A stretch of 64,000 bases of DNA from Takakia lepidozioides (taxonomy: Eukaryota > Plantae > Bryophyta). Position 1 is the first letter of the stretch; each line of letters begins with the position of its first letter. Of the stretch, positions 1-13,326 are shown in pieces. The stretch is from contig CM060731.1 in assembly GCA_030704615.1 (NCBI GenBank), positions 69,068,001 to 69,132,000 of the forward strand, written 5' to 3'. The translations under genes and the position numbers were made by a program. The notes beneath the pieces are model-generated. The model made no database searches. It was not told the DNA's origin and was given only the letters and a program-made list of their open reading frames with translations.

Positions 1-3000
1 TGCGGCACCGCATTTGAAAACACCCAAGCAAATGAATGGACGAGTGCCAGTGTCGTAATCACCTTCTTCCCTTCTGACCGAAGGCCCAGTGTGTTGATGC
101 ACGTCCACTTCTTTTTCAGAATCGGGACGGCGCTCTTGCGGGTCCACTTTGCAATTCCTGTCTGAGTGTTTTTTCCTCTGCTCACCAGGACAACCACACA
201 GCCTCTGTCGTCCAACACCAGCGGGCAAGCCCGAATCCTTTCTTCCAAAAGTCCTCCGAGTACCTGTTCCAAGATAGCAAAGCTTGCAGTCCTTCCACAG
301 GCTCTCCATCCGGAATATCCAAGATGATCATATCGCAAGACCACTCGGTGGCATTTCCGCCCCTCCTACAATCCTTGTCTGCACACACCCTCTCAAAGAA
401 CGAGACCATATTCTGAAATCCTGGGGTGTCGGAAGGCTCTTCGGCAGTCGCCTTCTTCAGTGCTCTGCCCTTCAGACCCTCCATGGTGCCAACTTGGCTG
501 CCCGTCCATCCAAAGCCGCCAAGAAACTCTCATTTACACACTGGACTACTGTTTCGGGAGCCACTTTCGGCCTCTTCATTTCCACCGGCTCGAAAGGGTG
601 CCTCCCTGGGGGGTTGAAGAGTGCCTTCTTTGCCGAGCCAGTTCTCGTGCCTCTCGTGACAACGGTGGGCACAGGGGAGGCAGCCTGCGTTTGGGGGGGG
701 TGGGCTGGTTGCAAAGTCTCCATCGGAGTCCTCTTCCTCACCCTCTTCCTGAACAGGCTGTTTCTGCTTCTTCGTTTTGGCGGGTGTCACAACAGCTGCT
801 CCTTGCTGGCGAGTCCTCTTCTTCGACCCCTTCTGTTGGGCCTGCACAGCTGCATCCACCGTCTTTTGTGCCATCTCAGCTGCCTTTCTGGATTCTTCCA
901 GAGCAGCAGATTCCTTTGCCGATTTTGGCCCAGCAGGGACACGTCTTTCCTTTCTCTTCTCTTCTGCCAAGGCGTGCAGATCTTTCTCAGACTCGTCAAC
1001 AATACCGCCAGACATATCCAGGTACCAGGGGCATCCAACGAGATGCGCGGGATGCCATTGTTTCTGCATCTCGGGTGTGTAGACACAGCTTGGGCCCGCC
1101 ATATACCTGCAAGACAGTCAGCATGCGTGAGCATAAGATTGGACGAACCTACTCGCAAAGTGCCACCGAAAACATAAAATGCGAATGCGGTGCCGCATTT
1201 CCGAGACAAACCTCGTAACCAGGCTTCGCATACAAGGGCAGCTGTGCTTCACCTGTAAACAATTTGCATTGCAGCTTTCCCCGCTCCCTCCTGGTGTGTA
1301 AACTCCACGCTCCTTCTTGCTGTCTGTAGCTCTCTGGCGAAAAGGTTGTCCTTGTACGCACATCTGAAACGTGTCACGTAGTCTTCCAATGTCTGTGTTC
1401 CATCCCATTTGACGTACAAGCCGAACGAATTTGTGTGCATTACGACTTGCTCCTTCGCATTCGACATTACCTGCGATTCCCAAATGCATTGTCACGTAGC
1501 AGTTCAGGGAATTCATTTCAGAAAAGCAAATATGGGGAAGTACCTTGAATTACCTGGAACCACCAAGTCATGCGGTTGAGCCACACATCCACTGCACGGT
1601 TGGAAACTTCGAGTGGAAAAGACCACATTGTCCTTATGCTCTCGGATGCATTCCAGATCGACAGCCACCGTGTCTGCCATTTCCGATCCAATGTCAGGAG
1701 CTGGAAGAGAGTGGCTATTGCTAGGAAGGAACTTCAGTGCATTGAAACCTCACATTCTCTTTCGCCTCAACACATGCCGTTGAGAGGTGATGCAGTTTCT
1801 CCAATTGCATGGTCGGCTGCATGGCCCGAGAATAGTGTTTTGCAATCTCGGGGATGAAGTCCTTTCCAAGTGCCGGATCTGCAATTGCCACCAGCTTCAC
1901 AAGCTTTGACTTGTATTTGGTTATGGACTTGACACCGGCTTCCTTCAAGTGCTCAGTCAATGACTGCAACGTTTTCACCTGCCCCTCACTTTCCATGAAG
2001 AAGCGTTTGGCATGGGCCAAATCCAGCTTGATGTTTGACTGCCAACAAAAACATGTAGAAGCGTTATATTCGATTCATGTGGAAAGATTACTGGAAATTG
2101 GGGAAGGATGAGCAGAGGGAAATTGGAGGACGACTTACTTCGTATATCACCTCCACCATTCCATCCATAGTGAGACGATACATGTCCGGTCCGTTTTTGC
2201 AACGGCTTTCTGAATCAGCTCGGGCTCCAGCATTTCCGCAAACATCTGCGGATCAGTGAGACCAGTTTTCCTCACCCTGTACAGCATATGTGCCATGTGG
2301 GTATGCACGTACGCATTCTCAGTGACCCTGCAAGGCACACTCTCTAGTTCAGTACACGGAAGCAACGGAAACAAACCAGAATGGAAACCGAAATGCGGCA
2401 CCGCATTTCGAACGTGCTAGGGAGGGTATGAGTATCTTACGAGTTGAGGTCCGCCATGGCATTCTTGAGCAGGGAGGAGTCTGCCGCCTTCACCTTGAGG
2501 ATGACACACTCCACCATGTAATGCCAGCCAATGTGCTTGGCATGGTTCTGCTTGATGTACTCCCACCAGGCAAGAAGTCGGTGATTCCCGTCCCACACAA
2601 AGAACATTTTACCCGACATATGGCCGAAGTCTGGATCACCCTTCAGCGTCGCCTCGAATTCGTCGTTGCGAGTGTGCCAGTGGGTATCCCACGTTGACAA
2701 TTCATCGGCAGTGGGTCCACGAGTTTCGCCGTCCTCATTCTCAATGGAAACGTAAAATGCTGCCGATCCCAGACGGTACCCTTCTCGAAATGCAAACTTG
2801 AGCTTATCCACATCTCTGGGAAGGGCCTGCCTGACGATGGGAAGGGAGACCATGCGACAGAGTGGGATTCGAAGAGTCCGCTGGAATACCCTGCTGCCCA
2901 GAACTCTGCCAATGCTACTGTGTGTCTCCTCCAACATCCTCAACTGGAGCTGCACTCTGGGGCCTGTTTGCGGGCAATTCTGCCATTGCAGAGGCCTCCT

Positions 3001-3620
3001 CCGGGCCTGCTTGCTCATCGGTGGTGAGGTCTTGCTGCGAACGTTGAGCGGCAGCACCTCCTTCCGGTACCAATCGACAGAAACGGTCGATCCCATTGCC
3101 TTCGCTGCAGCAGAGACGGCCCCAACATCTGCAGGCGGGAAATCCTCCAGGAACTGAGCTTCAGCTCGTGGAAGCGGTTTTGCGGGAGATTGTTCGGCCG
3201 TCGCCCTGATTGCCTTCTGCTTCCTCATCCTTGCAGGTGAAGGTGTCTGCTGCAATTGAATCTGTCTTTTACCCTGCTGCTTCATTCGCGTTGGTGGGGG
3301 TGAAATGGCCTGAGCCGGTTCAGAAACCAGTAGAGGGACGGGTTGCTTCTTCTTCGACTTTGCTGGAGAAGGGCCCGACCCCTACTGGCGATTCTCCATG
3401 ACCGGAGAACGCGAGTCGATCTCTGGGGCTTTGAACTTGCCCTTCGAAACCGCGTCTTTGAAACGCACAGGGCTAGGCCCGGCAGGAATACCGCGCTCGG
3501 GGATCGGGTGGGTGTACGTGCTGCAGCTAGCTCCACGGACTCTTCCTGCGGCTCTTCGGATTCTTGCGATCCCTCCAGCACGTCCACCTTTCCTGTTAGG
3601 CATGCAAACATGTTCTGCAT
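1..3620 (-). pseudogene. ParB/Srx-like domain + beta-class DNA methyltransferase-like fusion gene, copy 1 (multi-exon, frameshifted, 3' end runs off the window)
   Basis: ORF 2437..3285 has KMFFVWDGNHRLLAWW (ParB/Srx DGxHR motif). ORF 182..484 has CDMIILDIPDG (motif IV-like). ORFs 1721..2020, 1249..1467 and 530..1102 are colinear and homologous with copy 2 at 39387-44361. Shared GT-AG intron positions, e.g. ADLNS|gtaag. Confidence 0.75.
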
Positions 3621-4234
3621 TCAAGTCTCATAGCATTCAGTCTAAGAATTACAGAAGCAAAATGGGGGGTTCGGTGCTCGATCAGCTGCGCGCAGCCCGA
3701 TCGCATGGAGCTCTCACTGGTGGCTGGGTTGCCTGAGTGGCCTGCTGCTCGGAGATGGCAATCTCCTCCTGTAACGCATCTGCTTCCTCCCCTTCGGCAT
3801 TGGCCTACGTCCGAAGTATAATTTTTCGGAGCTTGCGACGAGGTCTCCTGTCTGGTGCACGAACTCCCCCCCTCTCAGGTTCGAGCATAAGAAGAATAGA
3901 GAGAGGAAAAGGGCAAAGATGCAGATGGAAAGGGCGCGAGAGGGGTGACTGAGAGACACGACAAAAGTAGATGAAACGGCGGTGATGCACCACTTGGGTT
4001 CGAAAGGGTTGGACGAAAGTGTCTCCTCGTGGCCTTTGCGTCATTACGAAATTTGAATCGTCCAGGGTACGCCTGCCGTTCGAAAAACAAACATCATTAT
4101 CCAACGGTCCAGGCCGCGCCTCCTCATGCCACTTCAGTCAGATGAGTGCAGACATGTGCCGCAATTCCGTTGCTCCACTGTTCACATTTCAAGGCATGTC
4201 CGTCCACGCGTCTGATGAGTTGGAGTGAAAAGTG

Positions 4235-5545
4235 CGAATGCAGCGCCGCATTTCCGTTAAGTACCATCACGAAGCTACACATCCGTACTTGTTGGAAGAA
4301 AATGCGGCACCGCTTTCCATTCTACCTTCACATACCTTATTTTGAACGGAAATACGTCCGCATTTCGTCCCACACTCCATGTATGAGATACAAAAGGGAA
4401 ATGCGGCGCCGCATCTCCGTTCTAGAATGTCGGAAGGTGCGACTCGGACGGAAATCGGTGCCGCATTCTGTTCCCGTTGTTCAGACGATTTTCAGTCAGA
4501 ACGGAAATACGGGACCGCATTTCCGTTCTGGTAGAGTATTCATGTCTGACCCTGTCGAAAATGCGGTTGCCGAATTTTCCGTTTCCACAGCTCCATGCCT
4601 CACATACAAACGAAATGCGGCGCCGCATTTTCCGTTTTGGATGTCGGAAGGTGCGAACTCCGACGGAAATGCGTACCGCATTTCATTTCGATGTTTCACG
4701 ATTTTTCACCAAAACGGAAATGCGGTGCCTCATTTCCGTTCTAGAATGTCGGAAGGTGCGACTCGGACGGAAAGGGGTGCCGCATTTCTGTCCCGTTGTT
4801 CACGATTTTCAGTCATGAACGGAAATGCGGTAACCGCATTTGCTTCTGGATAGTATGAATGTCTCAAGCGGTCGGAATTGCACACTCGGCTCCATGCATC
4901 AGATACAAAATGGAAATGCTGCGCCCATTTCGTTCTGGAATGTCGGAAAGTGCGACTCGACGGAAATGCGGTGCCGCAGTTCTGTTCCCGTTCCCGTTGT
5001 TAATAATTCTCAATCAGAACGAAATGCGGGACCTCCTTTTCCGTTCCACCTTCATATACCGTGCTTGTTTGGATGAATCCGTTACCGCTTTCCGTTCTGG
5101 AGAGTAATGAATGTCTTGTGAGGATGGAATTGGTGCAACATTTCTATCCCTCAGCTCCATGCGTCAGATATAAAACGAAATGTTGCCCGTATTTCTGTTC
5201 TGGTATGTCGGAGGTGCGACTGTGGACGAAAATGCGGTGCCAGCCTTTCTGTTCCGATGTTCATAAATTCTCATCAGAACGGAATGCGGTACTGAACGGA
5301 AGTGCGGTACCGCATTTCCGTTCCACCTTCACCTAACCGTGTTTTGCTGGATGGAAATGCGTTACCGCATTCCGTTCTGGAGAGTATAAAGGTTTCCCCC
5401 GGACGGAAACTCGGTGCCCCCGCATTTCCCGTCGCTCTGGTGTCATGACCAAGATGCAATCACGGAAATGCGGCCCGTATTTCCGTCCACCAGCAATGAA
5501 AGAATCACTCGGGACGGGAATTCTGGAACCCCTCATTTCCGCATG
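4235..5545. repeat. Array of ~22-bp palindromes (consensus GGAAATGCGGCGCCGCATTTCC) at ~50-54 bp spacing, with recurring spacers
   Basis: Palindrome variants start near 4301, 4351, 4400, 4453, 4506, 4560, 4614, 4668, 4719, 4772, 4824 ... 5283. Spacer GAATGTCGGAAGGTGCGACTCG recurs with variation at ~4425, 4640, 4744, 4938, 5204. Confidence 0.9.
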
Positions 5546-6322
5546 CTGAACCTGAATGGGTTGCATTGTTCCGAAACAACACATTTGCGGCCAGTCTGAT
5601 GATCACAACTTGGTTGTCTGACCGTTTTTAGTAAAGTAACTACTGGCCTTGTCAGTGCGAACGTTCCTGCTGCACCGGATACTGCTGGATCCACCCTCAG
5701 GAGAAACTGTCAGGAGATGTATTTCGTCGCCGAATCGGCCATCATTGTCATACTTACTGGCTATGGAAAGCACACCTCCCACCTTCATGCATGTAGCTTG
5801 AACAAACTTTCCACTTCAATGTGCGACTTCCAATCGTCGATGGACTCGCATGGTGCCTGTGAGCCTGGTCCTGTCGCTATACTGAACCTCGCACTTGCCC
5901 AACTTCGTGCGGTGTTCGATGTCTCCAAATTTGGGAGAGCCTGGATCCCAAACTAGGGAGGACTTTTGCAGAGTGACTGAAACTTACTTTGTTTCCAAAT
6001 TCAGCTCAAACCGGCACAGTTTATTTGGAGAGAAGAAAGGAAGGATGTTCCTGGACTTGACGAGACCATTGTCGTGCTACGTAACCGACGGATTGCGGAA
6101 TCGAATGGCACGTACCCCCATCAGACACCATCCTGTACCGAGCTGTGGAATGCCATTCCTTTCCCGAATCAGTCGCTCGCCCACACCATCCACAAATGAG
6201 TCGGAAGCCGACAGGCGGCCACTGCCAAAGAGAGGTATGCACGCTAATCATTCCCGACCTGGACCGTCAAGACCCTCCATAGCTTCTCGTGTGGACGTAT
6301 TCGACATTTCCCGACGAGGAAG

Positions 6323-9300
6323 ATGATTGCATTGAGGTCCCCATGTCCTCCACACGGTCGTTCAATCTTGCATGGACGTCTCTGTAGGTGCTACGCATGT
6401 GCCCACGAGCATACCTCCAACCCGTCCATTGTGCAGCTCCTACGACAACATAACCTCGATGGTTCTCGCTCCGAGCTGGCTGCTCCTCGACTATGCCAAA
6501 TTCCCAGTCATAAAGGTAACGTTTCTGCCTCCCGAGTCGAATGGCCTGTCATCTTCGAGTTTCCACCTGTTTCTTCGTCAAACAAAGCCTCCGGGATGTT
6601 AACAATACAGGACGAAAGCAATGACGGACCACCCCTGGTGTTTGACGAAGACATAGCCATACGAAAATTGCTGATGGTGTTCGTGTACGAATGTCCTCTG
6701 TGCGGGGAAGCTGAGGTCCTCAATCCCACCTGCTTCCACTTTCTCCCAAAGGAGGGCGGAGAAACGAGAACGGATTGGACTGGCACAACGCATCATCCAT
6801 TCATTGTCTCCAGCCAAGCTCCTGCGGGTTCTTTCAAGTGTGCACATTGCAAAGAACCACCGAGGTGCATGTCCATCGTGCAGAGCCAAGCAATATTACG
6901 TAATCCTTTGCTCCCCCTCCCGGACCTTGACAGAGCTTGCATACACGTGGGGTCCACTGCCCCCTTTGCGGAGGCAACATGCGTGAGGCTGTGCAGGAAG
7001 CACACGACATCATAAAAGAGGAGGTGAAATTGAGCCCCGAGCCAGACCAAGCTTTCATCAGCTGAAGGCAGCCCACAAGATTGCTCTTGCAAAATCATGT
7101 CTTAAGATGGTTCCGACCGAGAGCCCTTGACCGGGGAAGATGCCGTGACCTCTTGGAGTCCGTCTCGCACGTTTGTAGTCCGAATGTGCGGAATCACATC
7201 GTATCTTGCAAGCAGGAGTTCGGCAGGGGGTCGGACATGTACCCAATCCTGGAGGTGAAACGAATGACTGGATATGACTACATCCAAGTAGCAGGTTTTC
7301 CAGGGCAAGGCAAGCGAATCCGATCGTTGTTACATTTTCAAAATGTCGACGTGTGGGCCTGGGAGTGGAGTCGCTTGGTCACTCGCATGACAACTGAAAC
7401 TGTCGAATGCTTGGGTGATGTTTGCGATCACATCAAGCGATTACAACCATCAGTGGGTGACTATGGGTTCGCATTTTATGACTAATCACTCCAAGAGGCT
7501 CATGACAATTGCAATCTGCGAGATGAAAGGTGAGACACATAGTCCGAGATGCATCTGTGGGAGGGCATAAACGAGCAGATGGCAAGGGCGGGATTGCCAG
7601 AGCCCAATTTTAGGGGATTCATGCAGACAACGCTCAGGCCAACTGGGCATCGGTGCGGCGTTGTACGATGAGGACCCCAATGTTCCAATGGAGGTGAAAG
7701 AGAGATCCTGTGGATTCCATTGGATGCAGAGTCTATCCCACTACACCTACCAAATTTGTTTGCTAGCTCATTCCAGGCTGAACACCGTGTCCTTTGTACG
7801 GCGTGGAAGGATGCACCCACATTTGATGACGCGGAGGTTAAGTTTGCTATCATCGAGGCTTGGTGGAACACGTCAGGTGCCTGGAGACAACCAATCTGGG
7901 AGCATTGCCACAGCTGGTTGGGGTGGTGGCATTTTCGGTATCGACAGTTTCGGACAGTACCATGCGTGAGGTAGCTGCTGTCATTGTCCGTTCATTTGTC
8001 TTTCTGTTACGGACATTTCGATTGGTCCCTCACCGATTGTTTTGTGTCCTTCTAGGAGCGGTGCTTGGATTCCGACACAGACATGCCGAACACGATATGG
8101 TCAGAATCGGTCCACTCCTCCTGCGAGCGTCTTCCACTGCCGCACATCCTGGTGGACCTAGTGACGGCCACAACGAGGACATCGACAGGCAATCATGCAA
8201 CAAGCCACGTACTACAAGTTCCTGAGCGGCAAACAATGGGCTTTGGGCCGGACAGGGAGGAATTGTTGGTACAACAGCTTCGAGGTCCAAGAATCCCTGA
8301 AATGGGCGACAACATTGCGAGAGAAGATCAAAGGGACGCCTCTGCACCGCATAGGTGGACCCCTAGAGGGGGACGTCCGGACTCGCCCTGTGAGGCGGAA
8401 GATTGAAGAGGAACCCGGGTGCGAAGAGGATTCCTGAGATCCGACTTAACATTCGGACAACCCTCGAGGTCCCGTCATGTGCCGCACGATGTTCTTCCAG
8501 CAGTGGAAGCCCAAGAAATTCCAGATCGCCGTCGCCTCAACCGGGGATTTCGTGCGAGAAATTCCCCCGCTCCTTGCCCCAGATTCCGCCCGCTGTTATG
8601 GCAGTATGGCTAAGCCATTGTGGAGACGTCTGTGTCTACATCACGGGGTGGTAGAATTGCTCGCCTAAGCCGTCGTTTCGAGGAAGGTGTTTCCGCAATT
8701 CGTGTGGATACCGGCAACGTTTTTAGAGATGATAAGGAGGAATCCGATGGGGCTGTCCCTAGTCTCCTACTTTTACAGAAGTTTTTTCCATCAAAGTTTG
8801 CGGAGGCGACAACTACCCCTTTCTGGTTCTGCTGCACGACATTATTACTTGCGTGTATGGAAAGCCCAGTACGGCATAAAACAATGCCAGGCTCCCCCCG
8901 GTGTGGTCGGTGGAACCAGCCTGCATCTGAGTCAGGTTGAGGCACGACTCCTTAACCGCCGCAGTTTTGGATGTTGACAGCGCACTGACGTCCCCAGACA
9001 ACCATTTCCGTTTCCACAGCCTCCACCACCGACCCTTGTGAGAGCAAGACAATGGGACACGACAGCTCTAAGCATCCTACACACCGTTGGGGGAAAGCTG
9101 AAGATGCGGCGACCTCCTCAAAATTGAACGAGACAAGGATGGGAATGCACTTCGATGAACTGTAATCCAGAGCTCGCAGAAGTGCCCCCACCATGATTCG
9201 GCGTGTGTATCAGATGGCCAACGGCAGGCTCACTGTTCGCAATGAGGTGTACACCATCACCATTTCAGAATTACCCACCTGCATTGCATGCACCGACTTC

Positions 9301-9465
9301 CAGATCATGGCGAACAGGGGCATCATACTTCCCTTGCAAGCATTTGTACTACGTGTACCTAAAGAGACTCCGTTGTAATTCCACAACTCATCACTTCATA
9401 CTGCACCAGGTTTGAGCCCCCAGGAGGTTTACACTCTTCTGAATATGGATCCAGGGGACCAGTGA
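6323..9465 (+). pseudogene. Mutator-like (MULE) transposase: GCM/WRKY-like Zn region, DDE core with CxxH, C-terminal SWIM finger; many frameshifts
   Basis: Cys/His-rich N-region (FKCAHCKEPPRC...RACIHVG). Frameshift-corrected FRGFMADNAQANW...KERSCGFHW at 7608-7725 gives an Asp followed by the MULE CxxH. SWIM-like YTITISELPTCIACTDF...YFPCKHLYYV at 9250-9360. Confidence 0.7.
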
Positions 9466-11534
9466 GCTTGGCTTGCGGTCCCAATACAATGGTATGCCCA
9501 TCCTTTTGATAGTAGAACTGTACTGCTGCCAGTACCTCAGACTCTGGCCACGAAAGGTCCCGACTTATGTCTTGCCTACCAGTAACCTTTTTTGCTCGAA
9601 CTAAGATATTACTAATCGTTCACTTGTTTCCACGTGCATGTATTTTATGTATGTTGGAGGGTTCATGTTTTTCTCTGCTTTCCGAAAACTTGCTTTCCTC
9701 ATTCGACCTCCGACAAGGAAATGCGGCGCCGCATTTCCAAGTATCGTAGTCGTAGGTACTGGTAGAGGCGGCCGTCGCCAAACACCAAACCGCTCCGAAA
9801 TTTCGCACGTGCGAACCCTAATGCGGCACCTTATTTCCCAGTTCATTGCAAACCTTTCCCGCCGAATACCCGAAGAAGACAGAATTGTGAAGTACTGCAG
9901 ACTCCATTGGTTCAATCGCGGCAAAGGGTCAGCTTCATTCCAATGTTAAGGCATGTAAAACGCGGAATACTCGATACAGCCAGTAGGCGTGTCCTTTTGC
10001 AGTGGTATACTGGATTTCCCCGTTGCACGGTCATTTATTTCCATGAGCCTCTAAAAACCATGAGCGGACTTGTTACTGACCGACATATCTTCGCCGCATA
10101 TACATGATCTGGAACGTCCAAAAACGGCAAGGTCAAATAAAAAACTATTATTTTAATACTTGTTTAATCTGCCTCATTTCCAAATTTTGAGAGTCCGCTC
10201 ATGAAATCCGCGTATCTTAGACTTCGCTCACCGCTCATGCGGCTCATGCGGCTCACATGGCTCATGGCTCATGGTTTCTGCTCATGAAATAGTAAACCTC
10301 GGCCTTCTTGAGGGGGCAGCTAAGGCTCCGAGCATTCCAGAATATCTCAATGGCACCCACATTTGGGCAACAAGCTATCAGCCCTCGAGCCATTCAGCCT
10401 CGCCAGGTAAATACACTTTGTAGTGTGGTACACTCCGTGGTCGAATTTTTGTTTGACTCCCTTGTGCCATTGCCAGCCTCATTTGTGCTTAAGTTGTGGC
10501 AGTACAACCTTGTGATAGAGTTTGTCAAATTACTGTCGCAGTGTGAACTGCAGGCATTGACAGTGAATTGTGCATCTTATTGTGTTACCTGTCATTTGAG
10601 TTCCCAGTGTATGCCAAAATACATTTTTGGTGCGTGGTTTGGTTGTTTTAGGTGCTTGGCCACGAACGAGGCCCCCAATTCAAGGGCAAGCACACCTTCA
10701 CCCTTTCAGGAAGCCGACACCACTGATCCCTGATTCGCAGAATGGGGTAAGTGTATGCATCTGCTATCTCCCCTTCCCCTTCCGCCTGGATAGACAAATT
10801 GTTATTAGCTCATTGTAGACCTTGTAGACACATACTTTGCACGATCCGTGTTCCATAATTCTCATGCAATCTGCCATGTTGGGGTGGGATGGCAATTCGT
10901 GGTGGGAGACCATGTCAAGCTCCTAGACACTGTTTACGCGATCACAGCCGATCTGGCCGCATTGTTGTCTCCCAAGGGATGTAGGTTAGTGAAGGTACCT
11001 GTCGTGCCAGAAGGCCTATATGGCCATCCACATTGATGATGTCCGCATTCCAATCCCCCACTATATCACAACAAATCTGAAGCCCTCATCACACTGAGTG
11101 GGGACATGTAGTTACATTACTATGTGGAGTGACAACTATGAAGACCTTGCAGACAAAGAGATTAGGCAGGTCGGCACGCATTGTGGATTTCATGGGATTT
11201 CCACCTCTGCCATCGCCGATTTGGTAACTAACGGTAACTTATAGTAGTGACAGAATCTCTGAATTGACTGTCCAATTTTGATAACCACATGTTGGATTTC
11301 CTCATGCATGTGTTGCAAACTTATGCCTCATTAATGAGCAATGTGGTGGTAGGTGGTATGTCCCCATTGCACACACTATGGTTGGTATGTTGTTGCTGGA
11401 AAATGTGGGTTGATAATGGTGATGCTGGATGGTGCATGTTGCTGCTATTTGTGCTCTTTCAGAATTACATCTGTGCCACTTTTTGTGTGCCTAAAGTCTT
11501 GCTGTATACATTATTGTGATTGGTATGGCATATG

Positions 11535-12035
11535 CACGTGGCACCCTATTGGCTGCCTCTGTGGCATATCCACGTGTCCGCCAGAGTCATAACCATGAGT
11601 ACCGACCCATATGATCGTGTATGAGCATATTACATTCCGACACGTGACCCCCTAAGGTCCCCGCGCAGTTGGTCTTATGACTCCATTGCAAAACGTCCAG
11701 ATCAAATGTATGTCTACAACAAACATCACGTGAGGTTTAGAGGATCGTGCACGTGGCACCACGTAGGACTACAACGGCCTCATGGAAGGGGTGATCATGG
11801 AATATACCGTACTTGCGCCAGTCGTAGGTATGACTGGCAACAATCCCTGCAGCTCCCGAAAGTCCAGCACGTGGGCACACACGATCGTGGCACGTGGTGT
11901 CCCCAGATGCTGCCCCGTGTTGATACCATCCCCCCCCCCCCCATCAGACATACATGTGACTGCGAAGCCCCGTCCCCCACAGTGACACGTGGCATTGGAT
12001 ATGTCGTACCACGCGTTCTTCTCACGCGCCACGTG
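11535..12035. repeat. Cluster of nine CACGTG (G-box) hexamers, probably TE-derived
   Basis: CACGTG at 11535, 11571, 11641, 11727, 11750, 11868, 11891, 11986, 12030. Confidence 0.7.
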
Positions 12036-13326
12036 CTGTCATATAGTTCCCTTGTCCGCTGTCATAGCTGGCAGTCAGGGAGATGCGTCGCAGTCTGACA
12101 TGTGGGCATGTTATGTAGCTAGCACGTCGCCTTACACTGCGGCTGACATGGACTACACTGTCCGTTCAGTCATTCTGTAATGCCAGCGTGTATGACTACC
12201 CCCACAGATGCTCTGGCGCCACGTCACAGCCCGCCGGGAGAGTCATATCTGCCATGTTACAATTGACTAGGGCTATTTTAGTTATCTATCATTGTGGCAG
12301 ACTACTTTTGTCGTATATGCGTGGTGTGGTTTGGACCCACTTGTAGTTGTGTAGCGATATGTGTGCGCACGACAATGCTCTCACTTAGGTTGAGCCACAT
12401 TTGAGCCAGCTTACCTTGGACGATTTAACTGTTCTTGACATGGGTTATGTCAAGGAATCAAGCCATATTTTGAACTTTTTATGTGCTGATTGGCAGCCAC
12501 TCTTGCTTGATTCTGCCGATTTGAACCCTTTGGTATTAGTGTGAGCATTGGATATTTTGTAAAACGCTTGGTAGGGGCTGTTGTTTCCTTCATTGTTCTC
12601 CTTTTTTCTTTCAGCTTTTGATCTGGTTTATTTGATTTTTTCTTATTACATGCCATCACCAAATATTGATGGTCGCATCTATTTCAATTTTTTCTAATTT
12701 GCTGTGACCATGGAATTTTAGAAAAATTGGAGCGACCGTATTTTTTGATAAAAGCTTCTCTTTGCTGTAAGGAGCCCACCTAGTTGTGCTATGTTTGCAA
12801 TGATTATATCATCGGGTCTTCTATTAGTTGGCGACTCTCCTCCTTGACAAACTGGGATTCCAAATTGCTTGACTCCCATTTGATGATCGTAGGCTTGTTC
12901 ACCCTCCGCTAAAAACTCGTGCTGTAGATTCTTTTTGTTTTTCCAGCTACCAAAGTCAAAGTCCTTTGAACCCTTTGAGTCGATTTGCCAAGCAGAATCA
13001 AGGAGCATGTTGCGTTTAAAATTTCTTCCGAAGCTTAAATCGTTGGAAGATTGGCATCATCATTTCTCCTCTTTCTCTTGTTTTGTTGAGATCGTTTCCG
13101 TCTTGACACAAAAAATTGAAAATTTTCTTCCATTATCCTACGAAGAACGAGACTCGACTGGATTGCCGGCAAGCCTTCGTGCCCGCTCTGCTACCCCGTC
13201 TCCCACCTGTCCGCTGCGCACATCTATGCCCTCTATGCCACGGTGGCGTACAAGTCACCGCCCTCCTACGTCACGTGCACAAGCCCCCTACAGGGCCCAC
13301 ACACCCTAACCCCTTCCATTCAAATG

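Larger units (their letters stand above)
1..10300. mobile_element. Putative large MULE carrying a divergent transposase and ParB-MTase gene; right end near 10300, left end outside the window
   Basis: The same palindrome occurs at 1-15, 1186-1202, 2390-2409, 4235-5545 and 9717-9738. Clustered GCTCATG repeats at 10195-10290 end in ...ATAGTAAACCTC, i.e. a G-starting terminus on the minus strand. TIR partner and TSD are not visible. Confidence 0.55.

Noticed and set aside
284-1218. Long plus-strand ORFs (297 and 252 aa)
   Set aside because: Antisense shadows of the minus-strand ParB-MTase exon
4146-4853. 235-aa ORF, and similar ORFs at 37893..38426, 38659..39036 and 41658..42077
   Set aside because: Translations of palindromic tandem repeats with no protein features
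4235-5545. CRISPR array (palindromic ~22-bp repeats with ~30-bp spacers)
   Set aside because: Repeats are degenerate, spacers recur as higher-order repeats, there are no cas genes, and the context is eukaryotic and spliced
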